Positions 45,607-55,662 of a stretch of 64,000 nucleotides of DNA are shown one piece after another; positions within the stretch are counted from its first letter, which is position 1; each line of letters opens with the position of its first letter. Where the stretch lies: IMG/VR virus record IMGVR_UViG_3300027672_001796, one strand, 5' to 3'. Source of the stretch: a virus (taxonomy: Duplodnaviria; Caudoviricetes). A program made the translations under genes and the position numbers. The notes beneath the pieces were generated by a model. The model ran no database searches, was not told the origin of the DNA, and saw only the letters and a program-made list of their open reading frames with translations.

Positions 45607-47886
45607 ATGCAGGTAATAAAAAGAGACGGCACGACAGAAGACTTAAACATAGACAAATTACACAGAGTAGTGATGTATGCATGTGAAGGTATTACTGGTG
45701 TGAGTGCTAGTGAAGTTGAGATACATTCACAGATCCAATTTTTCGATAAAATTGTAACTGAAAATATTCAAGAAACACTTATTAAAAGTGCCGCAGATTT
45801 AATATCTGAAGAGAATCCTAACTATCAATATGTAGCAGGAAGGTTAATTAACTATCACTTGCGTAAACAAGTGTACGGAACATTTACGCCTCCTTGCTTA
45901 TGCGATATTATCGACGATAATATTAGTGCTGGTTTTTATGATAGCGAATTTACAGAGCTATATACTAAAGAAGAAATTAATGAACTACAAACGTTCATAG
46001 ACCATAACAGAGATGAGTTTTTAACTTATGCGGCTATGGAACAATTCCGTGGCAAGTACCTAGTACAAAATAGAAGCACAGGCAAAATTTACGAAACGCC
46101 ACAAGTAGCATACATGATGATTGCGGCTACATTGTTTGGTAAGTATCCTGCAAATACTAGAATGAAGTATGTTAAAGATTACTATGATGCTATCAGTACT
46201 TTTAAAATTTCCTTGCCTACACCGGTAATGGCTGGAGTTAGAACTCCACAAAGACAGTTTAGCAGTTGCGTACTTATTGAGACTGGTGACAGTTTAGATA
46301 GTTTGAATGCTACGACAAGTGCTATTGTTAAGTATGTTAGTCAAAAAGCAGGTATTGGTATTGGCGCAGGAAGTATTAGAGCAATTGGCTCGCCTATTAG
46401 AAATGGAGATGCAACCCACACAGGAGTTATCCCATTCTTTAAACTATTCCAGTCAGCAGTTAAGTCATGCTCACAAGGCGGAGTAAGAGGCGGAGCGGCA
46501 ACATTATACTATCCGTTATGGCATTTAGAAGTAGAAGATTTACTCGTACTTAAAAACAATAAAGGCACAGAAGACAATCGTGTTAGACACATGGACTATG
46601 GTGTACAGTTTAACAAATTAATGTATGAGCGTCTATTAAGTGGCGGAAGTATCACATTGTTCTCGCCTAAAGATGTTCCAGGACTGTATGATTCATTCTT
46701 CGAAGACCAAGACAAGTTTAAAGAGTTATACGAAAAAGCAGAACGTATGACAAGTATTAATAAGAAAAGCATTCCAGCAATTGATTTGTTCAGTGCTTTT
46801 GTAACAGAAAGAAAAGACACAGGTAGAATTTACTTAATGAATGTTGACCATGCAAACACACATGGCTCATTTATTGAAGACCTAGCACCTATACATCAAA
46901 GTAATTTATGTTGTGAGATTGATTTACCTACTAAGCCGTTAAATGATATTAACGATGAAGAAGGTGAGATTAGTTTATGTACATTAAGTGCAGTCAATTG
47001 GGGTGCTATTAAAACACCTGAGCAAATGCATAAAATTACTAACTTAGCCGTTAGAGCATTAGACGAGCTACTAGATTATCAAGACTATCCAGTTAGAGCG
47101 GCTGAACTCAGCACTTATAACAGACGTCCGTTAGGCGTAGGCATTATTAACTTTGCATACTGGTTGGCTAAAAATAATACATCGTATCAAGATCCAGATT
47201 TTGAATTAATTGATACGTGGGCAGAAGCATGGAGTTATGGACTTATTAAAGCCAGTAACGACCTAGCAATAGAAAAAGGTGCATGTCCTAAGAACATGGA
47301 AACAAAATACGGACACGGCATTACACCTAACCAAACATACAAGAAAGATGTCGACGAATTAGTTAAACATAAAGAACGTATGGATTGGAAAGGTCTTAGA
47401 GCTAGTTTAAAAGAACACGGTATTCGTAACTCGACACTAATGGCACTTATGCCAGCTGAAACATCAGCACAAATTAGTAACAGTACAAACGGCATTGAGC
47501 CACCACGCAGTTTTGTAAGTATCAAACAAAGTAAGCATGGTGTATTAAAGCAAGTAGTACCAGGCTATCCTAGACTGAAAAACAAGTATGACCTACTGTG
47601 GGATCAGAAGAGTCCACAAGGTTACTTAAAAATTATGGCTGTATTACAGAAGTATATAGACCAGGGTATTAGTGTTAATACTAGTTACAACCCAGAACAC
47701 TACGAAGACGATAAAGTTCCTATGAGCGTATTGCTACAAGATATCATTACTTTTTATAAATATGGTGGCAAGCAATTGTATTACAATAATACACATGACG
47801 GGCAAGGCGAGATAGACATCAATAAAGATGATCCATTACCACTTACGGAAATAGAAGAAGATGATTGCGACAGTTGTAAAATATAA
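45607..47886 (+). CDS. nrdA: class Ia ribonucleotide reductase alpha subunit
   Basis: ATP cone VIKRDG, SSCVLI, QSNLCCEI, MPAETSAQ and KQLYY; no intron or intein visible. Confidence 0.97.
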   Translation: MQVIKRDGTTEDLNIDKLHRVVMYACEGITGVSASEVEIHSQIQFFDKIVTENIQETLIKSAADLISEENPNYQYVAGRLINYHLRKQVYGTFTPPCLCDIIDDNISAGFYDSEFTELYTKEEINELQTFIDHNRDEFLTYAAMEQFRGKYLVQNRSTGKIYETPQVAYMMIAATLFGKYPANTRMKYVKDYYDAISTFKISLPTPVMAGVRTPQRQFSSCVLIETGDSLDSLNATTSAIVKYVSQKAGIGIGAGSIRAIGSPIRNGDATHTGVIPFFKLFQSAVKSCSQGGVRGGAATLYYPLWHLEVEDLLVLKNNKGTEDNRVRHMDYGVQFNKLMYERLLSGGSITLFSPKDVPGLYDSFFEDQDKFKELYEKAERMTSINKKSIPAIDLFSAFVTERKDTGRIYLMNVDHANTHGSFIEDLAPIHQSNLCCEIDLPTKPLNDINDEEGEISLCTLSAVNWGAIKTPEQMHKITNLAVRALDELLDYQDYPVRAAELSTYNRRPLGVGIINFAYWLAKNNTSYQDPDFELIDTWAEAWSYGLIKASNDLAIEKGACPKNMETKYGHGITPNQTYKKDVDELVKHKERMDWKGLRASLKEHGIRNSTLMALMPAETSAQISNSTNGIEPPRSFVSIKQSKHGVLKQVVPGYPRLKNKYDLLWDQKSPQGYLKIMAVLQKYIDQGISVNTSYNPEHYEDDKVPMSVLLQDIITFYKYGGKQLYYNNTHDGQGEIDINKDDPLPLTEIEEDDCDSCKI

Positions 47887-48977
47887 TGTCAGTATTTAAG
47901 GCAAATAAAAAACGTGACCACAATAAGGTCAAAATGTTCCTCGATGGGAATGTGGATATCCAACGGTATGATGTACTAAAGTACAAACAATTTGATAAAC
48001 TAACCGATAAGCAGTTAGGTTTCTTTTGGCGCCCAGAAGAAGTAGATATTTTAAAAGATGCTAAAGACTTCAAAGACTTAACAGACTTTGAAAGACATAT
48101 TTTTACAAGTAATCTCAAAAGACAGATACTACTTGATAGTGTGCAAGGACGCTCACCTAATCTTGCTTTCTTGCCTATAGTAAGTTTGCCAGAGTTAGAG
48201 ACATGGATTGAGACTTGGGCATTTAGTGAAACTATCCACAGCAGAAGTTATACACATATTATTAGAAATGTCTTCTCGAATCCGAGTAAGGTGTTCGACG
48301 AGTTACTAGACATTAAAGAGATTGTTGAATGTGCAGATAGTATATCATCAAACTATGATAGACTAATGGATTACAACGACCTCCGCAAACGTGGTCTTAC
48401 AAGTTACGATGAATACGAACACAAAAAACGTATTTGGTTGTGTTTAATGAGTGTTAACATTTTAGAAGGTGTACGTTTTTATGTATCCTTTGCATGTAGT
48501 TGGGCCTTTGCTGAACTTAAAAAAATGGAAGGCAATGCTAAAATTATTAAACTAATTGCTAGAGATGAAAACGTTCACTTGGCAAGTACACAGCAAATGC
48601 TAAAGTTACTGCCGTTAGAAGACAAGGACTTTGCTAAGATTAAACTAGAAACAGCAGACGAATGTAAGCAAATGTTTGTAGATGCTGTTGAGCAAGAAAA
48701 AACATGGGCTGACTACTTATTTAAAGATGGTAGCATTATTGGACTCAACGCAGAACTGTTAAAACAGTATGTAGAGTTTATTGCTGGCAAACGAATGAGA
48801 GCAGTAGGCATAGCATCAGATTACAACACTGGCACAAACCCTCTACCTTGGACAATGTCTTGGATAGCAGGAGGTAGTGTCCAAGTTGCACCACAGGAGA
48901 CCGAGATTAGTTCGTATGTTATTGGTGGCACTAAGCAAGACATCGACAACGAAACACTAAAAGGGTTCTCGTTATAA
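47886..48977 (+). CDS. nrdB: class Ia ribonucleotide reductase beta subunit
   Basis: FFWRPEE, LLDSVQ, ETIHSRSY, LEGVRFY, RDENVH and APQETE. Confidence 0.97.
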   Translation: MSVFKANKKRDHNKVKMFLDGNVDIQRYDVLKYKQFDKLTDKQLGFFWRPEEVDILKDAKDFKDLTDFERHIFTSNLKRQILLDSVQGRSPNLAFLPIVSLPELETWIETWAFSETIHSRSYTHIIRNVFSNPSKVFDELLDIKEIVECADSISSNYDRLMDYNDLRKRGLTSYDEYEHKKRIWLCLMSVNILEGVRFYVSFACSWAFAELKKMEGNAKIIKLIARDENVHLASTQQMLKLLPLEDKDFAKIKLETADECKQMFVDAVEQEKTWADYLFKDGSIIGLNAELLKQYVEFIAGKRMRAVGIASDYNTGTNPLPWTMSWIAGGSVQVAPQETEISSYVIGGTKQDIDNETLKGFSL

Positions 48978-48981
48978 GGTT

Positions 48982-49608
48982 ATGAAAACGGCATCAGTTA
49001 CCGGAGCATCAAATGGAATTGGCAAAGCAATAGTAGACTTGCTAAAACTCAATCAGTATTCTGTACTGGAATTTGATATAGAAAGGGATATAAGCGTTCC
49101 TGAAAATAGACAGTATATAGTTAACGAATCTATAGATTGTGATGTGTTTATTAACAATGCCTGGACCAGTACCATTTCACCTGAAAGTCAACTTGATATG
49201 TTTCAAGATTTTGTAACAGCATGGCATGATGACAAAGACAAGCATATTATAAACATGGGATCGCTAATGAAATCTACTCCACAATGGCTTATCGGCAAAG
49301 CGAATGAAGATGAAGACGATCATCAATTTATCGATAAACGCCGACGTGCCAATATATACAGAGTGTCTAAAAAAGATTTATATAAACATACTATCTTAAA
49401 ACATTTAGATGCAAGTATACTATGCAAAATATCAATAGCACAACCAGGGTTTACTAAAACAGAATTTGCACAAGAATATATGTTTTCACCTGGCAGAGAC
49501 CATCAAGAAATGATAGAAGTGATGCAACCAGCCCAAGTAGCCAGGCAGATATTGGATATAATAGAATCACCCGTGCATGTAATAGAAACAAGTTTCAGAT
49601 TAAGATGA
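48982..49608 (+). CDS. short-chain dehydrogenase/reductase
   Basis: TGASNGIG, DVFINNA, YRVSK (YxxxK) and QPGFTKT. Confidence 0.8.
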   Translation: MKTASVTGASNGIGKAIVDLLKLNQYSVLEFDIERDISVPENRQYIVNESIDCDVFINNAWTSTISPESQLDMFQDFVTAWHDDKDKHIINMGSLMKSTPQWLIGKANEDEDDHQFIDKRRRANIYRVSKKDLYKHTILKHLDASILCKISIAQPGFTKTEFAQEYMFSPGRDHQEMIEVMQPAQVARQILDIIESPVHVIETSFRLR

Positions 49609-50210
49609 AAACGGTAGCGATCACTGGTCATCTTAATGGTATTGGTAAAGCAACTAATGATTTACTAATAGCTAATGGCTATACTGTTAAAGGTTTTGAC
49701 ATTGAGCATGATATTAACGATCCCGAACAACGCTTTTCAATTCTAGAACAATCTAGAGATTGTGATATCTTTATCAATAACGCCGTTGGAAAAAAAGACT
49801 CGCAAAATATTATGTTTGAATTATTCTTTAACGAATGGAAACGTGATAAATCAAAACATATTCTCTCGGTCGGGTCTCTGATGAAATACTTTAACAGTAG
49901 AGGAGATGTTATTAACAGAAACGTTTTATTACATCCACCGGACTATGTAGCAACAAAGAAAAAACTTAATAACCAAACAATTGTAGCTTCAAACCAACCA
50001 GATACGGAATGTCAGCTAGGCATAATTCAGCCTGGGTTTGTATATACCGAATTTATATCATCGATAATAGAAGAAAAAAACGATCTGCCGGCTTTGACGG
50101 CAGACAATGTCGCAGACAAGATTTTGTATATGATAGAAGCTGAAGAAGAGATAGTTGAACTCACATATAGAGTAAGAGGCTCTTTCAAACAATATAGAGA
50201 TGATAAATAA
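49605..50210 (+). CDS. short-chain dehydrogenase/reductase, tandem paralog
   Basis: TGHLNGIG, DIFINNA, YVATK and QPGFVYT. Confidence 0.8.
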   Translation: MKTVAITGHLNGIGKATNDLLIANGYTVKGFDIEHDINDPEQRFSILEQSRDCDIFINNAVGKKDSQNIMFELFFNEWKRDKSKHILSVGSLMKYFNSRGDVINRNVLLHPPDYVATKKKLNNQTIVASNQPDTECQLGIIQPGFVYTEFISSIIEEKNDLPALTADNVADKILYMIEAEEEIVELTYRVRGSFKQYRDDK

Positions 50211-50272
50211 ATAATATGATATGTTTAGCAATTTTAATGATAATGACACAATTAGTATATTAGGAAAAAAGT

Positions 50273-50536
50273 ATGCCAGGAGTAACTAGAGTCGGAAAAG
50301 ATACAGCAAAAGGTTCCATTTTAGGGACCGGTGCAAGTACGGTATTCACAGAAGGCTCAAGAACAAGTTTACTAGGTGACAAAGTTGCACCTCACGGCAA
50401 ACCTCCCCACACCGCTCCAACTATAGTTAAATCCAGTACAACAGTATTTGCTGAAGGTAAAGGAGTTGTTAGAAAAGGCGACCCTGCCACGTGTGCTCAT
50501 ACCGCCACTGGCTCTAGTACCGTATTTTCCGGATAA
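50273..50536 (+). CDS. PAAR-repeat spike-tip protein (gp5.4-like)
   Basis: TRVGKD, TVFTEG, LLGDKVAPH, VRKGDPATCAH and TVFSG. Confidence 0.85.
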   Translation: MPGVTRVGKDTAKGSILGTGASTVFTEGSRTSLLGDKVAPHGKPPHTAPTIVKSSTTVFAEGKGVVRKGDPATCAHTATGSSTVFSG

Positions 50537-50552
50537 TATAACCTAAAAACAG

Positions 50553-50559
50553 ATAAGTA
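50553..50559 (+). promoter_or_regulatory. variant late promoter heading the desaturase operon
   Basis: ATAAGTA-N6-ATG (50566), with no SD. Confidence 0.5.
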
Positions 50560-50565
50560 TTAACT

Positions 50566-51708
50566 ATGCTGTTAATTCAATTCAACACCTCGATAGATAT
50601 TTCAATTTTCCCTGTTGAGATAATTCAAACATTTAAACATGACACATATCTTATTGATTTGAACTTGACCGATTATAGTACAATTAACTATATAACAAGC
50701 AACTATGACATACTAAGTATGCAAAGCAATGCTGATATGCCGTATATCGACGTATACGAAGCTCATACAACGTCATACACCAACGTTACAACCGAAGACA
50801 CACTTGCGCCACTTATAGAAAAACTTGACCTACTGAGCATGGCAGAGCCCCATATAGTATGCTTTAGTTGGACAACAGACCGTAACTATATATTAGATTA
50901 CCGTGTTAAAAAACTATTAGAAGCTGGATTTTTAGTTGTTTGTGGCGGCGGAAATGCAGACTTACCTATAACAGATGTAAGCCCAGTTGCAGTAGACGGT
51001 GTAATTAGAGTAGGTGGAAACAAATACAACGGACAATATCAAAACTGGATAGACATATATGATGTAACTGTTCCAGATGTGCCTAACACTCATGAAGCGG
51101 CACACATAGTATGCGAACTAATGATTAATAAGAATTTAGAACTAGATTACAGTTTAGGATTTTATAGCGAAAGTACTATTCGTAGTGCGCCATGGCCTCT
51201 TAGACTCGCACAAACGCCCAGCACAGCAATTAAATACTATGAATTTATGCCTGTATCCAATTTGCGATACTTTAGCGGAGAGCATTTATTACCAGTTAGA
51301 GAAGGCGACACAGTAAGTGTACTGTATGGCGGAGTTCCACTAGAAGACTTTACAAGCCCAAGGAACATTCAACTAGACACTACAGTACCAAGAGGGTGTA
51401 CATTTAACACACAAAGTGGTTGGCTGTACGGCACATTTAAATTTAAAGTACCTATGTTCCATAGATTTTTAGCAGACATAAATGGGCAGTTATTCGAGTA
51501 TCACATTATAAGTGCTGACGCAGATACTAAGCCAGACTTTGCAGAATGTAAACAAAAATATTTAAACCAGCCATACGATGCTCCACCATTTACTATGAGA
51601 GAGTATTGGGTGCCTATGGCAAGACCTATTAAACTATTAGAGCCAGGCGACCCATTTATTAGAACTTTTAATTTAAACGACTTACATTTATATAGGAGTT
51701 ACGAATGA
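50566..51708 (+). CDS. degenerate subtilisin (S8)-like protein with Ig-like C-terminal segment
   Basis: IVCFSW...LLEAGFLVVCGGGN...VSPVAVDGVIRVGG matches the S8 core but GTSMA is absent; VPRGCTFNTQSGWLYGT resembles He_PIG. Confidence 0.55.
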   Translation: MLLIQFNTSIDISIFPVEIIQTFKHDTYLIDLNLTDYSTINYITSNYDILSMQSNADMPYIDVYEAHTTSYTNVTTEDTLAPLIEKLDLLSMAEPHIVCFSWTTDRNYILDYRVKKLLEAGFLVVCGGGNADLPITDVSPVAVDGVIRVGGNKYNGQYQNWIDIYDVTVPDVPNTHEAAHIVCELMINKNLELDYSLGFYSESTIRSAPWPLRLAQTPSTAIKYYEFMPVSNLRYFSGEHLLPVREGDTVSVLYGGVPLEDFTSPRNIQLDTTVPRGCTFNTQSGWLYGTFKFKVPMFHRFLADINGQLFEYHIISADADTKPDFAECKQKYLNQPYDAPPFTMREYWVPMARPIKLLEPGDPFIRTFNLNDLHLYRSYE

Positions 51709-52661
51709 GAGGTGTAACTTTTAGTGAATTCGCCGGCGGACAAAATGTAGAAATGTTTTTACATGCTCCTACACAATTACCTGGCACACCAATGCAAGAA
51801 GCTGTTAAGACAGCAATAACCATTAGAGAAAAATATACAAAAGATTTATATGTATGGTGTGATTATAGTGTACAACATATCTATTCACAGATAGCCATGC
51901 AGGCTTTTACAATGGCAGACATTCCATTTGTAGCCGCAATACCAGTTTTAAGTAATAACCTTAGTAAACGTGAAAACGATTGTACTATTGCATATTGCGA
52001 ACAGCGAAATATACCGTACAAACTTTTCCATATAGATGTTCCTGCATTTTTTGACAGTGAAGAGTTTGAATTACACGGAGAAACATTCCCAACAACCCAA
52101 CCACAGATGACTATAGTTGGCAAGTTCTTTTCCATGCTACCGGATTGTTGCGTAGTGTATCCCGGATTTATGATGCACATAAGTAATAGTGATTGGACAA
52201 GAACTAAGAACAATGGCTTTATGCCTTTTGTTCCACATGTAACACAAGAACATGCGGCTGAACACCATGGGCTAGAATATACAAATTTCCAAGAGCATTA
52301 TGTTGACATGTATACTAGTTGGATGTTTACCCAAAGTTATGGCGAAGTATTAAAGTCGGCAACACAGGAATTTGTTGACAATGCACCACATAGATATTAT
52401 CAATATGAGATGCGAACAATTAAACAAGCTGGGTTTGATATTAAACCAACAACAAACAAGCTAATTGGCATTGAAAAACTCAAAAGTCACTTCGGTCATG
52501 ATAAATATGATAAAGAGCTACGTCAACGTCTAGTACCATTTAGCCCACTAACCTTGAAGTATGCCAGTTTACAATACACAGTAAAAGTAGACACAAAGCT
52601 GAAGGAGATGTTGCAAACATACCATGAGACGAATTTTGAATTCTTTAACAAACTTTTTTAA
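51705..52661 (+). CDS. hypothetical protein, possibly a degenerate PP-loop (HUP) fold
   Basis: Resembles phage SGGxDS-type proteins (AFxxADIPF, YCEQRNIPYK, PQM) but lacks the SGGxDS loop. Confidence 0.5.
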   Translation: MRGVTFSEFAGGQNVEMFLHAPTQLPGTPMQEAVKTAITIREKYTKDLYVWCDYSVQHIYSQIAMQAFTMADIPFVAAIPVLSNNLSKRENDCTIAYCEQRNIPYKLFHIDVPAFFDSEEFELHGETFPTTQPQMTIVGKFFSMLPDCCVVYPGFMMHISNSDWTRTKNNGFMPFVPHVTQEHAAEHHGLEYTNFQEHYVDMYTSWMFTQSYGEVLKSATQEFVDNAPHRYYQYEMRTIKQAGFDIKPTTNKLIGIEKLKSHFGHDKYDKELRQRLVPFSPLTLKYASLQYTVKVDTKLKEMLQTYHETNFEFFNKLF

Positions 52662-53457
52662 CGATAAAGCAAAAGCAAACTTTTGGCTTTACACCTTACC
52701 GGTCCAATTAGTAGGCTGGTGCATAATTCCTATTATGGCATACAACGGCGATTGGAATTACTTATGGTTAAGTCTTATAACATATTTCTTGTTTGGATGT
52801 GTGGGAATGGCTATAGGACTACACAGATATTGGGGCCATGCATGTACTGAGATGCCTAAATGGAAAGAACGTATAATGACAACGTGTAGTGTGTTTAATG
52901 GATACGGCGCAATCTTCCCTTGGGTTATGATACATACCTCTGGACACCATAAGAACGCAGACAAAGAAGGAGACCCACATAGTCCACTACAAGGATTTTG
53001 GCATGCCTTTTTAACATGGCATAGGGAACAAAAATATTTCGACCAGCACATTGATAGAAGAGTGCTAGTCACATACATTAGGCGCGGATTTGTAAACGAC
53101 AAATACTACCAGTTCTTAAATGACAATCATTTAGCAATTAACTACGGAACAGTATTATTAGCATGGTTATTGTTTGGCTGGCAAGTTGCACTATACGGTA
53201 TTGTGTTCGGTATATGGTCAACACTAATGAATACAAGTACGGTAACAGCACTAAGTCATTACAGTTGGTTTGGGTATAAAAACTTTGAAACTAAAGACAA
53301 TAGTGTAAACAATAGAGTAGGCGCAATACTTACATGGGGCGAAATGCTACATAACAATCATCACAGATATTGGAATGCACAAAGCAACAGCCACCATTGG
53401 AGTGAAATAGATATGAGTGGGTGGGTTATAAAATATCTACTCAAGAAGAAAGACTGA
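52624..53457 (+). CDS. membrane fatty-acid desaturase (delta-9-like)
   Basis: His boxes GLHRYWGH, HTSGHH...DPHSP and GEMLHNNHH, plus TM helices. Confidence 0.9.
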   Translation: MRRILNSLTNFFNDKAKANFWLYTLPVQLVGWCIIPIMAYNGDWNYLWLSLITYFLFGCVGMAIGLHRYWGHACTEMPKWKERIMTTCSVFNGYGAIFPWVMIHTSGHHKNADKEGDPHSPLQGFWHAFLTWHREQKYFDQHIDRRVLVTYIRRGFVNDKYYQFLNDNHLAINYGTVLLAWLLFGWQVALYGIVFGIWSTLMNTSTVTALSHYSWFGYKNFETKDNSVNNRVGAILTWGEMLHNNHHRYWNAQSNSHHWSEIDMSGWVIKYLLKKKD

Positions 53458-54224
53458 TGTTATTTTACTTAATATTCTTTCCAATTGCTCTTGCAAGTTT
53501 AGGCTGGAGTCTATTTAATGGTAGTTTAGAATTATGGGTAGCAACATCCATATTTACATTTTTATACAGTGGATATGGAATTAGTGTTGGCTTCCACAGA
53601 TTACTAAGTCACGGAACATTTAAAACATCTGAAACTATACGAAAGTTATTGTTATTTTGGGGATGTCAAGGAGCTCAAGGCTCACCGGTCACATGGAGTT
53701 TGATACATAATAGAAGTCATCATGCTTACACGGATACAGACAGAGATGTACATACACCAACAAAAGGTATATGGTATTCATTATTTGGATGGATATTTCA
53801 CAAAGAGAACCACGAATTTGCACGAAAAGAATTGTTTAAGATTAGAAAGCAATTAGATCCGTTTGCATTGTGGTGCCATAAAAATTATAATATGTTAATC
53901 ATATTGAACTTGGTAGTTATTGGATTACTAAGCGGATATATGTTTGGCGGCAGATTTGTACTTGCAAGTTTAAATGCAAGTATTTTAAGTGTGGTAATAA
54001 GTGGTATAGTTAATTGGCTAGGTCACTACCCTATTAAAGGATTAACATACACAGACTACAAAATGAATAACAAAAGCACAAACAATCCTTGGGCAGTATT
54101 TTTAACATGGGGTGAAAGTTTACACAACAACCATCATGCAAATCCAAGGAGATTAAGTTTCGCCACTAGATGGTATGAATTGGATGTTGGATTATGGATG
54201 ATAAACCTAATAAAGAAATCTTAA
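53457..54224 (+). CDS. membrane fatty-acid desaturase (delta-9-like), second copy
   Basis: GFHRLLSH, HNRSHH...DVHTP and GESLHNNHH; start at ATG 53457 overlaps the previous stop. Confidence 0.9.
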   Translation: MLFYLIFFPIALASLGWSLFNGSLELWVATSIFTFLYSGYGISVGFHRLLSHGTFKTSETIRKLLLFWGCQGAQGSPVTWSLIHNRSHHAYTDTDRDVHTPTKGIWYSLFGWIFHKENHEFARKELFKIRKQLDPFALWCHKNYNMLIILNLVVIGLLSGYMFGGRFVLASLNASILSVVISGIVNWLGHYPIKGLTYTDYKMNNKSTNNPWAVFLTWGESLHNNHHANPRRLSFATRWYELDVGLWMINLIKKS

Positions 54225-54796
54225 GAACTTTCTTTGATGGCAAAATAGGCTGTATTGAGTACAGCGAAAAATGGCGTCCTCAATTGGAAGAATTTTGCCG
54301 TGTAGCAAAAGACTTAGGATATGTTAATAACGAATCACCTGAAGCAATGAAAGTAGATGAAATACAATACCATTGTATGATTCATATCCCAACAAACAGA
54401 ATATATGCCGTAGCTGGTGTACAATATATGCCTGAATATAGAGAAGGATACTATCGTATCTGGACTAGGCTTTCTAGAATACCAATGGAAGATATACCAA
54501 TGACCAGGATGACCAGATACGGACGAGGCGAAATGCCTGAGTTTGACGGTCTACTGTATTTTAATTGTGACTGGGCCTGGAAACAATCTAATTGTAAAGC
54601 AACATTTGGCACAACACTAGCCAACAAAGCCTATGCAGATAATTATGTTAGAAGTGCAAACACTATAACAGATTATGTTGCAAAGAACTGGTGGAGAAGG
54701 AAAGGCATAGCAACACCAGAAGGTATGACAGAATTTTATGGAGTTCCACAAGTAGTTTGGAATATGCATTTTGATAAATTTAAGGAGTTGTCGTGA
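54194..54796 (+). CDS. hypothetical protein, possible GNAT/acyltransferase fold
   Basis: IYAVAGVQ...YYRIWTRL and FYGVPQVVW fit the GNAT beta pattern; weak. Confidence 0.4.
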   Translation: MDDKPNKEILRTFFDGKIGCIEYSEKWRPQLEEFCRVAKDLGYVNNESPEAMKVDEIQYHCMIHIPTNRIYAVAGVQYMPEYREGYYRIWTRLSRIPMEDIPMTRMTRYGRGEMPEFDGLLYFNCDWAWKQSNCKATFGTTLANKAYADNYVRSANTITDYVAKNWWRRKGIATPEGMTEFYGVPQVVWNMHFDKFKELS

Positions 54797-55650
54797 ACAA
54801 CGTAAAAAGAGTTATTTTTGATGTACAGAGTGCTAAGAACATCTTTTGGGACGATACCCCAATTAGAGTTGGAGCATTATTAACAATACCAGATAAGTTT
54901 AAAGGCAACCAACCGTTATGTATTATAAGTCATGGTTCAGGTGGACTTGGTGCTGATACTGATTTATTTGTAGACAGTCTAGGTAAACATGGTATTGCCA
55001 CATTATGTGTCGATAGTTTTACAGGCAGAAGCATGGAAGCCATTGGATGGAATGACTTTAGCAGTTATGTAAGTCCAAAGATGAGAGCAATGGAAACAGT
55101 AGAAGCATACAAGTTCTTATGTGATAACCACAAGAATATGTTCGCTGGCATAGATTTACAACGTATAGCATTTGTAGGATTTAGTTGGGGAGCAGATTCA
55201 GTAGCAAATGTCATTGCCCACTATAGCGAAATACTACCTAAGAAAACATTCTTTTCATTATGCTATGGGAACTTATGGCCCTTTGAGCAAGAGTTTTACA
55301 AAGCAAAAGACTGGGACGTTACATGCTACCACGGTGCAGATGACCTTTGGACTAGTGCAGAAAAAAGTAAAATATTTGCACAAGAAACAAACAGTCAATT
55401 TGTAGAGTTTATGGGCGTAACACATGGATTCACAAAGCCTGGATATAAGAAAGAAATAGCAAAGCAAGTGATAATAAATCATCATGCAGACTTTCCAGTA
55501 CCCACAGACCTAAAGCAAGTGTACAGCTGGATACAAAAGGGCAAAGTTTGGGAAGATACTGAATGGAAGAAAGTAGATGCCCCATTAGACTATGACCAAA
55601 TGGCAACAGAAAGAGTATTAGCGGATATAGTTAACAAACTCAAATCATAG
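54793..55650 (+). CDS. dienelactone-hydrolase-like alpha/beta hydrolase
   Basis: HGSGG, nucleophile elbow GFSWG, HGADD and THGF (Ser-Asp-His). Confidence 0.85.
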   Translation: MNNVKRVIFDVQSAKNIFWDDTPIRVGALLTIPDKFKGNQPLCIISHGSGGLGADTDLFVDSLGKHGIATLCVDSFTGRSMEAIGWNDFSSYVSPKMRAMETVEAYKFLCDNHKNMFAGIDLQRIAFVGFSWGADSVANVIAHYSEILPKKTFFSLCYGNLWPFEQEFYKAKDWDVTCYHGADDLWTSAEKSKIFAQETNSQFVEFMGVTHGFTKPGYKKEIAKQVIINHHADFPVPTDLKQVYSWIQKGKVWEDTEWKKVDAPLDYDQMATERVLADIVNKLKS

Positions 55651-55662
55651 ATAAATACAAGT

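Noticed and set aside
45607-48977. Introns or inteins in nrdA/nrdB (also checked uvsX, uvsW, helicase, thyX)
   Set aside because: The reading frames are continuous, lengths are normal, and no splice or LAGLIDADG/HNH motifs are visible.
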